Origin: Rhizophagus irregularis | Lineage: Eukaryota | NCBI RefSeq assembly: GCF_026210795.1 | Contig: NC_089429.1 | Location: 6,014,001-6,078,000 of the forward strand | Reading direction: 5' to 3' | DNA: 64,000 bases | Part shown: in pieces, positions 51,241 to 64,000 of the stretch | Layout of the letters: each line of letters starts with the position of its first letter | How positions within the stretch are numbered: position 1 is the stretch's first letter | Translations under genes and position numbers: made by a program | Notes under the pieces: model-generated | The model's database searches: none | The model's input: only the letters and a program-made list of their open reading frames with translations | Told to the model about the DNA's origin: nothing

Positions 51241-51789
51241 AACTAATCAATCACCAATGTTTAAAAATGATGAATGATGACGCGAAACACAAAATGATAT
51301 TTAAAGCGTCCTAAGATAAGGAGGTTAGGTATATTTTTTTTGTATATGTACTATATGAAGACAGAAAAAGAGTTATTTATTAACACTTATTTTTTTTTTT
51401 TAATCTTAATAGAAACTATATATTATTAACGATAAACGATCACATGAGCGACTGGCACGTTTGGTGTATTATATGGGAGTGCGTGATTTCGCACGATGTC
51501 AATTCTATTCAGTTTTTAATTATACTATTATGTGAATTTTAAATTTAATTTTTTTATTTTTTATTTATTTTTTTTGTCAATGTTAATTTTATTTTATAAA
51601 TCGTAATAAATAGCATCTGATTAGATATTTTTTATTTAGAAAACGGACTATTGCTATCTGTGATAATTCTGTCTGAATTATCGGACCGATTTGAAATCTC
51701 CAAATTTTAATGTAGAAAAAACAAAGTTACGAATTACGTAGTAATGCAATTCACTATAGCGGAAATTTGAATTTATTTATTATATTATG

Positions 51790-52789
51790 ATGGGCTTTCA
51801 AGTGGATCCGCACTTCAAACATTTTTCCAATAATTGAGTATGAGTATTCCCAGTGAATTTTGGCTTTAATCCAGGAATCATATCATTAATCGATGAATGA
51901 TCATGGGTCTGTTATAATAAGGACGTTCTCCAACTGACATCATCCAAATTATCTATCACACCAAAGATATAAATGCCAGAAGCTTGAGTTTTTCACTTCC
52001 TTTCTTCCTTTGAAAATTCCAGGAACAAAAAACGGTACGATCCAAAAATTCCTTTTGAATTCGTTTTAAATGGCCTGATATGAGTGATCCTTGCATTCAA
52101 CTTGTTTCTACCATATTCAATTAAGATATTACTTCCATGCAGATGACCGTAAATAATAAGACCAAGATCATGGATTTTAAATAATTCTGACGAGATTGAC
52201 CATAAGAGATCAACAATGTCTTTCCAATAAAGAAATTCTTCATGAGATTCAAGAAAGGAATATATGCCTCCCTTGTAGTAATTTCTAAAAACAAACATTG
52301 GATATGTTGTCCCTAGTGATACCAAAGCTATCCGCAAGTGTACTATGATGTAGGCATTTATTTATTAAAACTATAGTTTAATAAATAATTAAAAACTAAT
52401 AACAAAAAATTTAAATACTTACTTGTTAATAAAATGATCAATGAGTTCCCTAATATTATTTAATCGTTTAAGTATGACTTCTATCGGTCCACTACGAGTC
52501 CATATCCTTGCGGCATCATCTCTTACCCGAAATAGACCTTTCATCCACATAGCGGAATATATTGATATATTATGGAAATAATTCCTTATTTTATAAGGTT
52601 AAATTGAGAGAAATCAATCCACTCGATAATGTCCATGCTTTCTTTGACATTTTGTTGAATGTGTCTGATCAAGATCAATTTTGCTAGACCAATTTTTAAA
52701 ATTTTCTATCAAATATGCAACATCGTAGTTTACGCACTTCTATCACAGTTTGAACATATTCTATTCAAATCAACTGTCCAATATGTCAT
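51790..52789 (-). pseudogene. Tyrosine-kinase-like protein kinase pseudogene
   Basis: ENFKNWS, IIEWIDFSQF, WKDIVDLLWSISSELFKIH, GHLHGSNILI (degenerate catalytic loop), GERPY; frameshifts and stops. Confidence 0.8.
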
Positions 52790-53299
52790 TATAACCTGAA
52801 TGGCGAGTAAAGAAGGAAATGTGTAAAAAAGAAATAGTTCACTTTTTTATTTATTGAAAATATCAAAATTAATTATATGGTAGATCAGTGTGATGACGTA
52901 AATTTTTTTTTATTGATGATCGGACTTCGATAAATAAAAAAATCAATAAGAAATAATCACAGGGCCACTATGTGGTGATAACAAGTCCCAACGTAGTGCT
53001 GTGACCTTAGTAAAATGGTATCACATATGCAGTGATTTATATTTAGCGATCCGAATAATAAACAGTAAGAAGTTTTAAGTATTTATTAATCTATTAGTTC
53101 TTATAACTATCAAACTATTTAGCACTGTGAGATATTTTTAATTACTTTTGGACGTTAACTGAAACTTTAGATGTAAATTCTCACGTAATCATCAAAAACT
53201 ATATCTGATATATGCATAACTTTAAAAACTTGCCATGATCAGTTGGTGCATTTAAACCCATAATATCGCTTTTTGATTTTTTTACTAATGTCTTCAATT

Positions 53300-53420
53300 T
53301 TCATTTTATATTTCTTCAATAATTTCTGATGCAGATGTGGATCTTCATCTCAACTCCTTTTCATCAAATTGACGTAACATTGTATTTCTGGACGTTCACC
53401 TTTACAAATGTTCAAATTAA
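53300..53420 (-). pseudogene. Isolated kinase C-lobe fragment
   Basis: LNICKGERPEIQCYVNLMKRS*DEDP resembles kinase subdomains X-XI. Confidence 0.6.
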
Positions 53421-54761
53421 GCTGAAGATAATGTTTTAAATAGTGGAACTCCAGACGTAATTTCAACTTTTTCTGTTTTGAAGATTTTGGTGTATCAACT
53501 AATGAGCAAGAGTATGCGCGATATTTGTTCAAGGAGCATTTAATAAATAATTTAATATAAAATAGTTCAACCAACGAATTATCAATTCGTAATTATCATA
53601 AAATATTGAGTAGTGGGAATTAAGGAATGAAATTTAAGAATTCGACAAAATTTGTTCGTCTTCGCTCAATCAAGGCTATTGTAGGCAATTTGGACAGAAT
53701 GAATTTTTTTAATGATTGTGCGTATTGGACCTTTTTGTAAAAAAAATATGTGGAAAAGAAATTTTGCAGTTTAGGGACGAAGTGCGTGAATATGCGTATT
53801 TGATTTTTTTGATTTTTTTTTAAAAAAGAGCGAGAAAAATTTTCTTATTGCAATTTTGTTAGGAATTTTTAGAGCCTTTTTATATTATTTAACAACAATA
53901 CGATCGATTCATTTGGATGTAAAATAAAATAATAAATTTTTCCATTAAAGTATTGAAACAATAACTTATTATTAAAAAGATTTGTTCATCAAGGTATTGA
54001 AACAACAATAACTATTTTACTTATTCTACAATAAATTCACGCTTGACCTAAAATAATACTGCAGATTCGATAAATTTAATGCCAACCTTTTGATTGGCGT
54101 AATTACCGCTTTACCCATTTATCAATTTTTTACTTTTTTTTTTCTTTTATCAAATTCTATCGAAATTCTAAGAACAATCAGTTTCTATGCAAGATATTTA
54201 AATTCATTAATATATTTATACTATTTTTTTAAATGTTATTTTTAACCGTTCAGTTTTTAACATGTAACACTAATTCTTATTCGTCGAAAATTTATGATTC
54301 CATTAAGTAACAAAAATTAGTTTGTAAAAAAAAAAAGATACGGTCATACACTCATACGGAATTCGTGATAATAAATTTATTTATTGTTTACCGCTAAAAA
54401 AAATTCTTTGTTTAAAATATCATGTAGCATTTAGGTTAGTTATTATAAAAAAAATCTTTAAAGAAATACTATTTTGTGGCATGGATTTTTATTGATAGTA
54501 GATAAATAGAAATTTTTGATAAATGAAAAAAAAAATACTTCTCGATAATAATAATAATATGTATAATGAATTTATAAATAATTTAATATAATTAAGTTCT
54601 AATAATTAATTTATAACTGAAATTAATCTCTATAACGTTCTTTATGAAGTCGCAACCGCAACTATTACATGAAATAATTATAAGTCCACCCTCGAAGCGC
54701 TACAAATAATGAGATGTTTAAAATTGAGGTAAATCATATATATAATAATATAATATTATTT

Positions 54762-55775
54762 TTATAAATCATTTTCAAAGATTAATTTATATTGGTCATT
54801 TAAAAGAGTCATTGATTTAAACTTGTTGGTATATTTTAATATCAAAAAAGATTCTAACACATTGGTTAAGCATGACATTTCAAAGTATCTTAGTTTTGGA
54901 AAATCAGCCTTGCTTAAATAGTAACTCCATACCTTAGTATATCGAGATAATTGATTAACATAATTGTTAAGGACTAAATATTCTAAATTTCTTAATGAGA
55001 GAAGAAATTTAGGAGAAATAGATGTAACAGATGATTTTATTGTTAATCTTTTTAATGTAACAGCTTTCCCTTCAATTGCTTCGCTTAAGTACACGAGTTG
55101 TTCTCTTACATCACACAAATGCAAGCATAAAGATTGTAGTTTAGTCTGCACGTTAATAAAATGAAGTAAACCCAGGCAATCTCTGTTACATTCATTAATC
55201 TCTAAAGTTACTATATTTTGGCAAATCCGAGCTAATTCATATAATATTGTTGGATTCGCGATTGTTAGACTTATCCCTAAAGAACTTAAATTGGCGAAAA
55301 ATGGTTCGGCATTTGGAAACAAGTGTAAGGAGTGATATGTACTCCAATAGAAACATTTTACATTCTTACAATTATTGAAAATCACCTTATATATTTCTTC
55401 CTCCAACATATTTTTTTTATAATCATAAATTTTAGCTTCCTTCTCCGTCGTTACTGATTGCACTATATCATTAACAAAAGTAGGGGAAATGTGAGTGAAA
55501 AAAGTCATATAATTAAATATTAATTGTCGGTTTGAAGGTAATTTAAATCCATTTTTGAATAAAGGACTTTCTGATGGTAAAAAATATGATATAACATCGA
55601 AGACTTTATTGAATGAAATAGAATCTTCATGGGTATAATAAAGAGATCTCCATAATATAGGCATTGCTAACGAAAACCAGGATTTATTTACTAAAACACA
55701 TGAATGCAAAGAAGAAGGATCATCTCGCAATTCGTTTAAAATTAATAATAAAACATCTGCGACAAGTTGTACCAT
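54762..55775 (-). CDS. F-box / LRR protein, C-terminally shortened (~337 aa)
   Basis: MVQLVADVLLLILNELRDDPSSLHSCVLVNKSW; colinear with 40855-42282 but ends ~140 aa earlier. Confidence 0.8.
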   Translation of the reverse strand: MVQLVADVLLLILNELRDDPSSLHSCVLVNKSWFSLAMPILWRSLYYTHEDSISFNKVFDVISYFLPSESPLFKNGFKLPSNRQLIFNYMTFFTHISPTFVNDIVQSVTTEKEAKIYDYKKNMLEEEIYKVIFNNCKNVKCFYWSTYHSLHLFPNAEPFFANLSSLGISLTIANPTILYELARICQNIVTLEINECNRDCLGLLHFINVQTKLQSLCLHLCDVREQLVYLSEAIEGKAVTLKRLTIKSSVTSISPKFLLSLRNLEYLVLNNYVNQLSRYTKVWSYYLSKADFPKLRYFEMSCLTNVLESFLILKYTNKFKSMTLLNDQYKLIFENDL

Positions 55776-58394
55776 TGTTAATGATAAGATAAAGATAAAA
55801 TGAAATTTTGAAAATTTGGGATGATTATAAAAATGATAAAATTGTATGAAAAATAATGATAAATGCATGAAAGTTAACAACTGTATTTATATTAAAAATT
55901 TAGCAATATTAAAGGCATAAAAAAAGTCATATTAATTATAAAAAAAATCATATATTAATTTAATTAATATTTGTTGAAGCCATAAATGATTTTATTAGAA
56001 CAGGGGCTTTGCATAATCGATTTGAGTCACTTTTCCGTTCGACAAGTTTTTAATGTGTACCGCACAAATTTTATCGGTTGTAATTAGACAAAGTTTCATC
56101 TATTAAATTTTTATTGGTTAAAAGATCAAATAATGAGTAAAAATAAGGAATGAATGACAGTTCTATCCAGATTTTATTGTCTCCTATTTTAGACATGAAA
56201 GTTTCAAAAATATGAAACATACTTATATAATCAATATTTTTCGGAGTAAATATTACTCTATTGAAAGTTTCGAAATTTTTAAGTAATGTTTTTACGTCTT
56301 TAAATAAAAACTCTCGCAGTTTGTACAATAAATGCACTAATTTGATCAAGTGATGTACAATAAATGCATTAATAAATAAGTTTGTCAATGTTTTGATTGG
56401 TTATGTGTTTATCCTATACAGGGTTCAGCACTTGAATGGCAACAAGAATTTCCGGGAATCAAAAGTGAATAACTAAATCTACTGTTAAAAAGTATTTTCC
56501 ATAGATTATTTTCAAAGAAAAAAAAAATAACAAAGTTCTCGGACATTCCGGACATAATGTATCAATCTTATAGTGTTTAATTTTTTGTACCGTGTCATGG
56601 AACAGTACATAAAACTTGTGTTACTAAAACAAAGTAATGTCGAATAATATTGTTAAAGCTGAAACCTCATATACTTTATCGTCCAAAATAAGAGACAATG
56701 AAAATAATGAAAATCGTTGATGTCTGATATCGGATATTATACCCCTTCTTTTTTGCATTTATGATATGTAATCGAAAAAGTTTATTTTTAGTTTGTGTTT
56801 TTCATTAATCCAATTTAATACATGAAAAGATAGAAATTATATAAACTTAAGAACTATGACAATTAACATCACGTTAAACATATTGTATTTTATTTTCAAC
56901 CAATAAAATTTGATGATACTGACACGATCATATATGAACACGGCCGATAAACTTTATATACGCAACAATTCTTGTATACAAGAAAAACGGGTCCCAAGAA
57001 AAATATGGCAAAATTCCTAGTATAATATTAATTATTAGGAGTAATATTGTCCAGAGCGTATTTGTTATGTGATCTGCAACCCACTCCTGATTATTTCCTT
57101 TATATTACAAACACAAGACGGTCTTTCAACGGTTATTCCTATTTATCTCAAGATACTTTATGATAAGGAATGTACAAAATTGAAGTATTTAAATATGATA
57201 TCAATTGATCACCAAAATGTTTTTATTTTAATTATTTTGCGAAACTGAATAAAGAATATCGTTATTTTATGTGAATTTAACATGTGATTCATGAGTGATG
57301 CGATTCGTTGATTCGTCAATCCGCAATCCGCGGATAAACCATCCGGATTGGATCCGGATGAAGATACGAATGATTCTGCTATTTCTGTAATTTATAGTAA
57401 CAGACATCCGTTATTTACTGTATGTTTTACGGTGTCAATTTAACACAGTCATGTGAATTTGGGTCCTGTCATCGGACCATGCGATTGCTATTCGCTTTAT
57501 AATAAGAGTTATTAAAAAAAAAAATTTTTTTTTACTAATTTAAATATTTTAATGAGATAATAGTTGATTTTGTAATAATCTAATGCAATTGTATTTATAG
57601 ATATAGTATGAATTGCTAGGACCCTAATTTTTGTTATGAGTTTTTAAATATTTTATTATATAAAAAATATTTATAACTAATAAGTAATAATTATTAAATA
57701 CAAGAAATGTAGATCGGTCATGTAAATTTAGTTCGATCCGGAACAGATAGTTAACTCTAGCGAAGTCCGATCAAAGTTTAAATTCGGTCTGCATTACTGA
57801 TCGGTCATCTGGATCATCAAAATCTTACGTTACATTTAATAAAAGGTCATGTGATCTAATAGCCAGAAAAAAAAAATTTTTTTAAAAAAATATTTTTTGT
57901 TTTTCTTCTTAGAAAAATGATTTTATAACTTATATATATGTATATATATTAAAGATTATTAGCGAATTGGCAAAAGGTAAGTTTTTTTTTTTATTTATTT
58001 TATTTTATTATTTTTATTTGGAACGTTACTACATTCTTTTTTTTTAGGTACGGCTCCTGGACTTGAATATCGACCTGCAAACTCCGGAATTACAAAGTTG
58101 AAAGGTACTGAGGAAGGAGAATATTTGTTTTTTTTCAATTTGAGAACGTCACAACTTTCCTTTCTGTTTTTTTCTTTAGAGTACTTCCAGGTTTGATAAC
58201 ACGGTGAAACTACACCGAAACTCTATTAAAATATCAATGTTTGCCGTGCTGAATATGCTGGACCATATTGACCTTTTGGCAGTTTCGGAGTTTCGACAGT
58301 TTTAGCATTATATGAATGTTTCGGCATTTCACGTCAGGCCACAGCAAGCAACCTTACATCTAATGATCCTTCATATTTTATTGATTAGCACATA

Positions 58395-58690
58395 GCTGTC
58401 AAAATATACAGAGATTGATCATTATTAATAAAACCGATAACGTTAATGAAGGAATAATTGAATTAATTAAAGTTCAAAAAAATTTAAGTTATTTCGAATG
58501 GAAAGATGACTTTGAAGATGAATATGATATTATAAATGTTCCTTATAATGAAATATTACTTGATATTATCAATCATTTAATATTATATTTTCAATTACTT
58601 TATTATCAAGAATATCAAGAGCATAAATTATTTGAGATATTTCCAATATTTCATGAATTAAAAACGTTAAAAGTCTATTTCGGTATTTTT
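58395..58690 (+). pseudogene. Internal fragment of an F-box/LRR gene
   Basis: CQNIQRLIIIN..NEGIIELIKVQKNLSYFEW parallels the CQNIVTL..FINVQTKLQSL segment of the intact paralogs. Confidence 0.65.
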
Positions 58691-58882
58691 TTTTATTTTT
58701 TTTATTTGTTATTTTTTATTTTAAAGAGATATTTTATTAATGCTTCTTTTTCGCTTTTTTTTTAAGGACTTGCGGATTTCTTGAATATTTAGAAAGGGTG
58801 ACGCTTAACAGAAAAACGCAAAAATACTACCGAGACATATCATGATCTTGAGATTCTATTGTTCAAAGATGATAGTAACGTT

Positions 58883-58927
58883 TGTGTTTACTGCAAAAAG
58901 CTAGGTCATTGGATAAACGAATGCCCA
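58883..58927 (+). other. CCHC zinc-knuckle coding remnant
   Basis: CVYCKKLGHWINECP fits CX2CX4HX4C. Confidence 0.75.
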
Positions 58928-59169
58928 GAGATCCTCCCGAATATCGAAACAAATGTTTTAAGTTATTAGAGTCATTAAGTCCAACTGAATGAAAATAAAT
59001 AATTTATTAAGGATATATGGACATATTGGGTATATTGCAATGAATGCGGCAGTTAATATAATCACTAATAACGGTGTTATATCAAGGAGATATTGTCAAA
59101 TTATAATAGTTATTATGATGACGAATATTATTATTTTGAAAACTACATCAAAAGATACTCTTTTATTAA

Positions 59170-60950
59170 TCATGCTTTAAATAACCAATTAATTCGAGTT
59201 TTGTATAATGGCGGTGTCCCTCTTAAGATTTTCACCAAGATGATCGAGATGATGAATGAATACGCCGAAAAATCAAATCCGAAGTGATTGGATGTGACAA
59301 TCCACAATCTTTAATAGCATGGGTAACTAAATCACTCTAATATCATGAAAAATAGGTTAGAGATATTTTATAATCATTATTTGAAAATGAATCTTCGGAT
59401 GATGATTGTGATTTATATGTAGATTCAGAATCCGAAAGCTATACTATGTCAGGATTTTCCGATAATCCATCTGAACAATGTATACAGATGCTACAAGCAG
59501 GATTTACTCCTTCGACAACAAGAAATTTAAAAAGCGTACTTTCATCAACATTAAAGTCGCTTTTTACTAAATTTAGAATAAATCTCTTTATTCCGCGTTT
59601 TAACATGTATTGCTGACCCGACAAATACTTTGAAACCGGGAGAAGTCTTTATCTAATTGGATAGGGAAGCAGGACGCGATGAACGCACTGGATTACCTTT
59701 TGGAATTATTGATGATGATGTAATTTTAGCTAGTAATCCGTGTGGTTTACCTTCTGATATTATCAAGGTTAAAGCAGCCAGAAATATGGATTTAAGCATT
59801 TATTATAATGTAGTCATATTTCCTGTAAATGCTGCTAAGGAGGATGACATATCATAAGCAACTTATTTAAGTGGAGGAGATTATGATGGTGACAAAGGTA
59901 TACATATTTTTTATGATATCATAGAAAATTTTTTCCCTTTTAACGATTTCATTTATAGATTTTTTGTTGCTGGTATCCACGAATCGTCAAAAAACTACAA
60001 AAATTCTCCTCTTTTAGCACTTGATTCGAGAATCAAAAGTGCTTTTAATGTAAACAATCAAACTATTGACTATTTATTATCCTCCGTAAAATCCAGTCAA
60101 ATTGGATCCAAGATACAGGAGAAAATTTTAGACATTCACTTTAAAAATATGGAAACGCCGCGTGGTTTATATGATCGTTGGCACAAACTGACAAACGCCA
60201 GTCATCCGAATTTGGAATATTTGACAAACAATCCATTTATCTTACTCAAATGAGCGCACAGCTTACTGATGCTACTAAGCGGAGACTTACTATAAAACCA
60301 AATGTTCAGCAATACGATAATTAAGTATTTAAAAAACTTCCTGTTCCTTATTGGATGGAAAAAGAAGATAATTATAAAATTCGATCCAAATCTAAGCAAG
60401 AATAAATGGAGTTCACTTTGGAATTAAAGGTATAATGGATTCATTATGTATTGAAATTGAAAATGAGATAAACGAAATAATAAATAACAAGGGATTATTG
60501 GTAGCAGAAAAGAACGTAGATCCAGATCCACACACATATAGCTTCTGGAATGACGAAGTGACTCGTGCTCAAAAAAATGGGGGGAAGACTCTTTATATCT
60601 AGATGATTTAAATCTTATATATACATATTAGTTCAAAATTATTACCCAAATATTAGGAGATCAGGGTGAAAATGATAAACAATTACTATCATCTCTAAGG
60701 AGAATGAAGAATGTAAAAGTGTAGATTATGAATTTTTGAGGAATTTTTTAAATACTCCACCGGTTGAAAAATATAAAAGTAAGACATTTAAAGTTATAGC
60801 ATTTCGTACATTATGCAAAATTGAATCACAGATGTTAGAGAGTGAACGACATCTTGTTGTCGGAGGGCAATTCTTTAATCCGATTTCGAAACGTCGGTCG
60901 GTCCATGTTTTTTACAAATTTATCTACAAGTCCTTCCTAAACCAATAAAT
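59170..60950 (+). pseudogene. Cellular RNA-dependent RNA polymerase (QDE-1-like) pseudogene
   Basis: LNNQLIRVLYNGGVP, CIQMLQAGFTP, TCIADPTNTLKPGEVFI, NPCGLPSDIIKVKA, NVVIFP and catalytic LSGGDYDGD (DYDGD at 59879-59893) followed by an intron; stops and frameshifts throughout. Confidence 0.88.
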
Positions 60951-61295
60951 TCTTTTGTTTTTGTACCTACTTACAGAACTTGTAAACCTTTCTTTCAGCA
61001 CGAATAAAATTTCAATATAAAAAAAGTATTTCAAATTGGATCGTTTACGACTCCAGCACCGATAGCACCAATTAAAATAATAACGGTAACGACATGTAAG
61101 CGTTTCATGAAGACATGTGGAGAGACATTAACAAACTTTTTGACTTATTCAAAATAAAATTTACTACTCAATTAAATTAAATTGATTTTAATATTATTTT
61201 GTATATCAGTTACACTTAATAAATATAAAAAATATAATAAAAATATAGACAATATTTTACAAAAGAGTTTATAATACAGTATTATACAGTATAAA

Positions 61296-62631
61296 TTAAT
61301 GGATGATTATTTCCATATTTGAAGTTTCTGTTGATGTGTCATTAATTTTTCGATCATTATTTTTATCTTTTGCATTCTCATCATTTTCATCATTATCATT
61401 TTTCTCATCGTTCTTATAATTCTCATCATCCTCATCTACTATTGTAGTGCTTGCCCATTCAAGGAATGACAATCTTTTCATTGACACAACTACTATTCTA
61501 TCATCATCAATAATCTGGCTATAGGTTTGGTCATTAGAGGATAAATTAGAGAGTTTATGATCACTTTGAGTGAATTTCGATGATAATCCAAACTGTCGAC
61601 CTGTACCCTCAATAGCGTGAACAATTTCAGCATCAATGGTGATTAAATAAGATAACAAAATGGTTACTATGCCTCTTGTAATTAGTGATGTTCCTTCTTC
61701 TAAAATAAAAAATATATCCAAAATAGCCAAAATATGAAAGATGAAAGATACTATTAATCGTAAAAAATTCCAATACATAACGGCTGAGAATAATGATATC
61801 TTGTTTTTTTTTAAAGATAATTGAGAAACATTTTTATTGGCTCTTTTTAATATAAAGATTAAACGTGCAGTCACATATATATCAATTACAAAGTCTACAA
61901 TTATTCCTCCAATACCGTAAAGGGAATTAGCGGAAGTATCGTAATCACAAATAACCGTTCCACTTTCGGGAATATCTACAAAAGTTGATTTTTGAAGAAT
62001 TAGGTATGGAATCTATAAAAGTAAAATTATTGGTTTAGTTGTTATTGTTTTAAAAAAGAGGAAGAAAGAAAAATATTCAAAATATTCTATTTTAACAGAA
62101 AATTTACCGTAAATGCGGTTCTAATTAAAAATAATAAAATGCATATCCATTTATCCCAGTCTTTTCCGCTCATTTCTATTTGCCTTATCCGCCATAATAA
62201 GAAAGCTGCTAATGATAATCTCGTTATGGTAGTCCCGGTAATTGAAAAGTGTACAAAGGCAGTGCATTGAATGAGTGTGGGTAATTTTGGAGTCATATAA
62301 AGGCCAAGAGTTCCGAAACTACGCATGATTTGACCAAAATTGAAAATAATTTTAAGAATACTTGAAGCATATACTTTGCGTATTTTATATAAAGCTATCG
62401 AAATGATCATGTTGTGAAAGCATATCTATAAAAGAGATAAAAGCAGTAAAATCATTAGTTAAAATTTAACACCAGCAGAGGGTTCGCCCACTTTGGACTC
62501 AAGGTAAATTTTCCACTTAGCTTTAAGAAATATTAATCAAAATTTTATCCTTAAAATTAATATCTTACCATCAAAATTGCTGCCGTCCAAAAGCCAGCAA
62601 ATGCTTGGATCTGAATAAAATTCATATTCAT
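61296..62631 (-). CDS. 3-exon 7TM / GPCR-like membrane protein (~365 aa)
   Basis: Exons 62631-62569, 62425-62108 and 62012-61296 splice in frame; about seven hydrophobic segments; Cys before TM3 (IQC) and in the loop before TM5 (VICDY); acidic C-terminal tail. Confidence 0.8.
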
Positions 62632-64000
62632 TTCGATTTTTAGATTTAATGAAAAAAAAAAGAAAAAATTATGGAGCGTGTCTTTTTAAGTTCTAAAAAT
62701 TTCATCCGTTCATAAATAAATAAAAATTCGGATTAAAATAAATCCGGCAAAATGGGCACTGTAAAAATAAATTGTGTTATTTATATTTACATTACATTGT
62801 ATACATAACTGCTGTATTTTTTGTTTCTAATTAAGTTGAACAAAACATAAAAAGTTGTCAGCCATTGTAGATATTAACCTAATTTGTACTTCATTCAAAA
62901 AAAAAAATTTTATTTGATTTAAGGTCATAGCATTTAAAGATCTCATCACATAACTTCTTTCCGCATATGGTCACTATAGAAAACGGATCTAGGAATTAGC
63001 AGCAATTAAAGTTTTAATTTTTATGTTTTGTCATTGAGAACGTAAATGGTGTGAATTTATGTTTTCATTTTGCGTTAATGATATCGCAACTTATTTTTCT
63101 GACCGGTTGGTCAACGAATTTAGAAAGAAAAGAAAAGAATAGAAAATTAAATCATAGAATATATCTAAATAAATGTCAAAATTCTTAAAATGAATTGTTT
63201 TCAAGAAAACGTATTTTAAGCTTTTTGATTTTTTTGGACAATCGTGATGGCGGACTAAAAATATCACAAATATACTGTATATCACACTTTTCATTCCTTT
63301 TCTTATTCTCTACTAATAAAAATTATTACAGTATATTCTATTTTATGTCTTTGTATAATTCTTATATCGAGAGTTTATAGTATATGAAGTAAAATTATCA
63401 TGAGAACTCCCCGCAACACTTTTACTATAAATATTTACTCAGCCGTACGATAATATAGAAACAGTGTGGTATGACTCAAAATTACGTACTACTTATTATT
63501 AATGTTGTGTAAGGTTGGTTATAAGTAACGATTATTATAGAATTACAACCTTTTAGCGGTTGTAATATTATGGCTGTAAATACTACACTATTGTGGTTAG
63601 CTAAAAGATGGTAATTTTGATTTACAACCATTATATTTACTTGACTTTTGGACTTACAATTATTTACGGAGACCAACACTTAATGTTGTGTGACTATGGC
63701 ACTAATGGCAGGAACATTGTTCACTTTCCCATTACATTTAGAAAAATTGTTACCGCCAAAAAAAATTTAAATTTAGAAATCTTGTTAATTCATTCGAAGT
63801 CTATATTTTTTTTCAATAAATATATTTTTTTTTTTCAGCAAAATAAAATTCCAAAACAAAAAAATAAATAACGCTAACATTGTGATACTCTTCTTTTATT
63901 CTTATGGCATGTTTTGTCTCCTAAAATAAACATGAACACAAGTAACGAAAATATAAGGATTTACAACTAACTATCTAAATTTTTTACATAACGGATAACC

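Noticed and set aside
4053..55164. Plus-strand ORFs 4053-4298, 41039-41254, 44924-45121, 45601-45804 and 54964-55164
   Set aside because: Antisense shadows of well-supported minus-strand genes.

Overview
Very AT-rich eukaryotic DNA with short GT-AG introns. Gene content (intronless F-box/LRR paralogs, a TKL-type kinase, a lineage-type 7TM protein, decayed AGO/RdRP copies) fits an arbuscular mycorrhizal fungus (Glomeromycotina, Rhizophagus-like); this taxonomy is inferred. Apparently intact genes: five F-box/LRR genes (one shortened), a divergent F-box-like gene, a 7-exon multi-pass membrane gene, a 5-exon ASX/DEUBAD gene with a RAMA-like C-terminus and a 3-exon GPCR-like gene. The rest is largely decayed: an internally triplicated LINE RT, Argonaute, HSP70, RdRP and kinase pseudogenes, tandem duplications and many MITEs. 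The main finding is missing or misread in the ORF track: a head-to-head inverted pair of 36-codon genes at 37012-37343 (-) and 39109-39219 (+). They share an identical 22-aa N-terminus, differ in the C-terminal peptide and end in CaaX motifs (CTGM, CTVM), the architecture of a-factor-type lipopeptide pheromone precursors. One copy is interrupted by a 213-bp MITE with an 8-bp TSD. All calls come from manual reading; no database searches were run.
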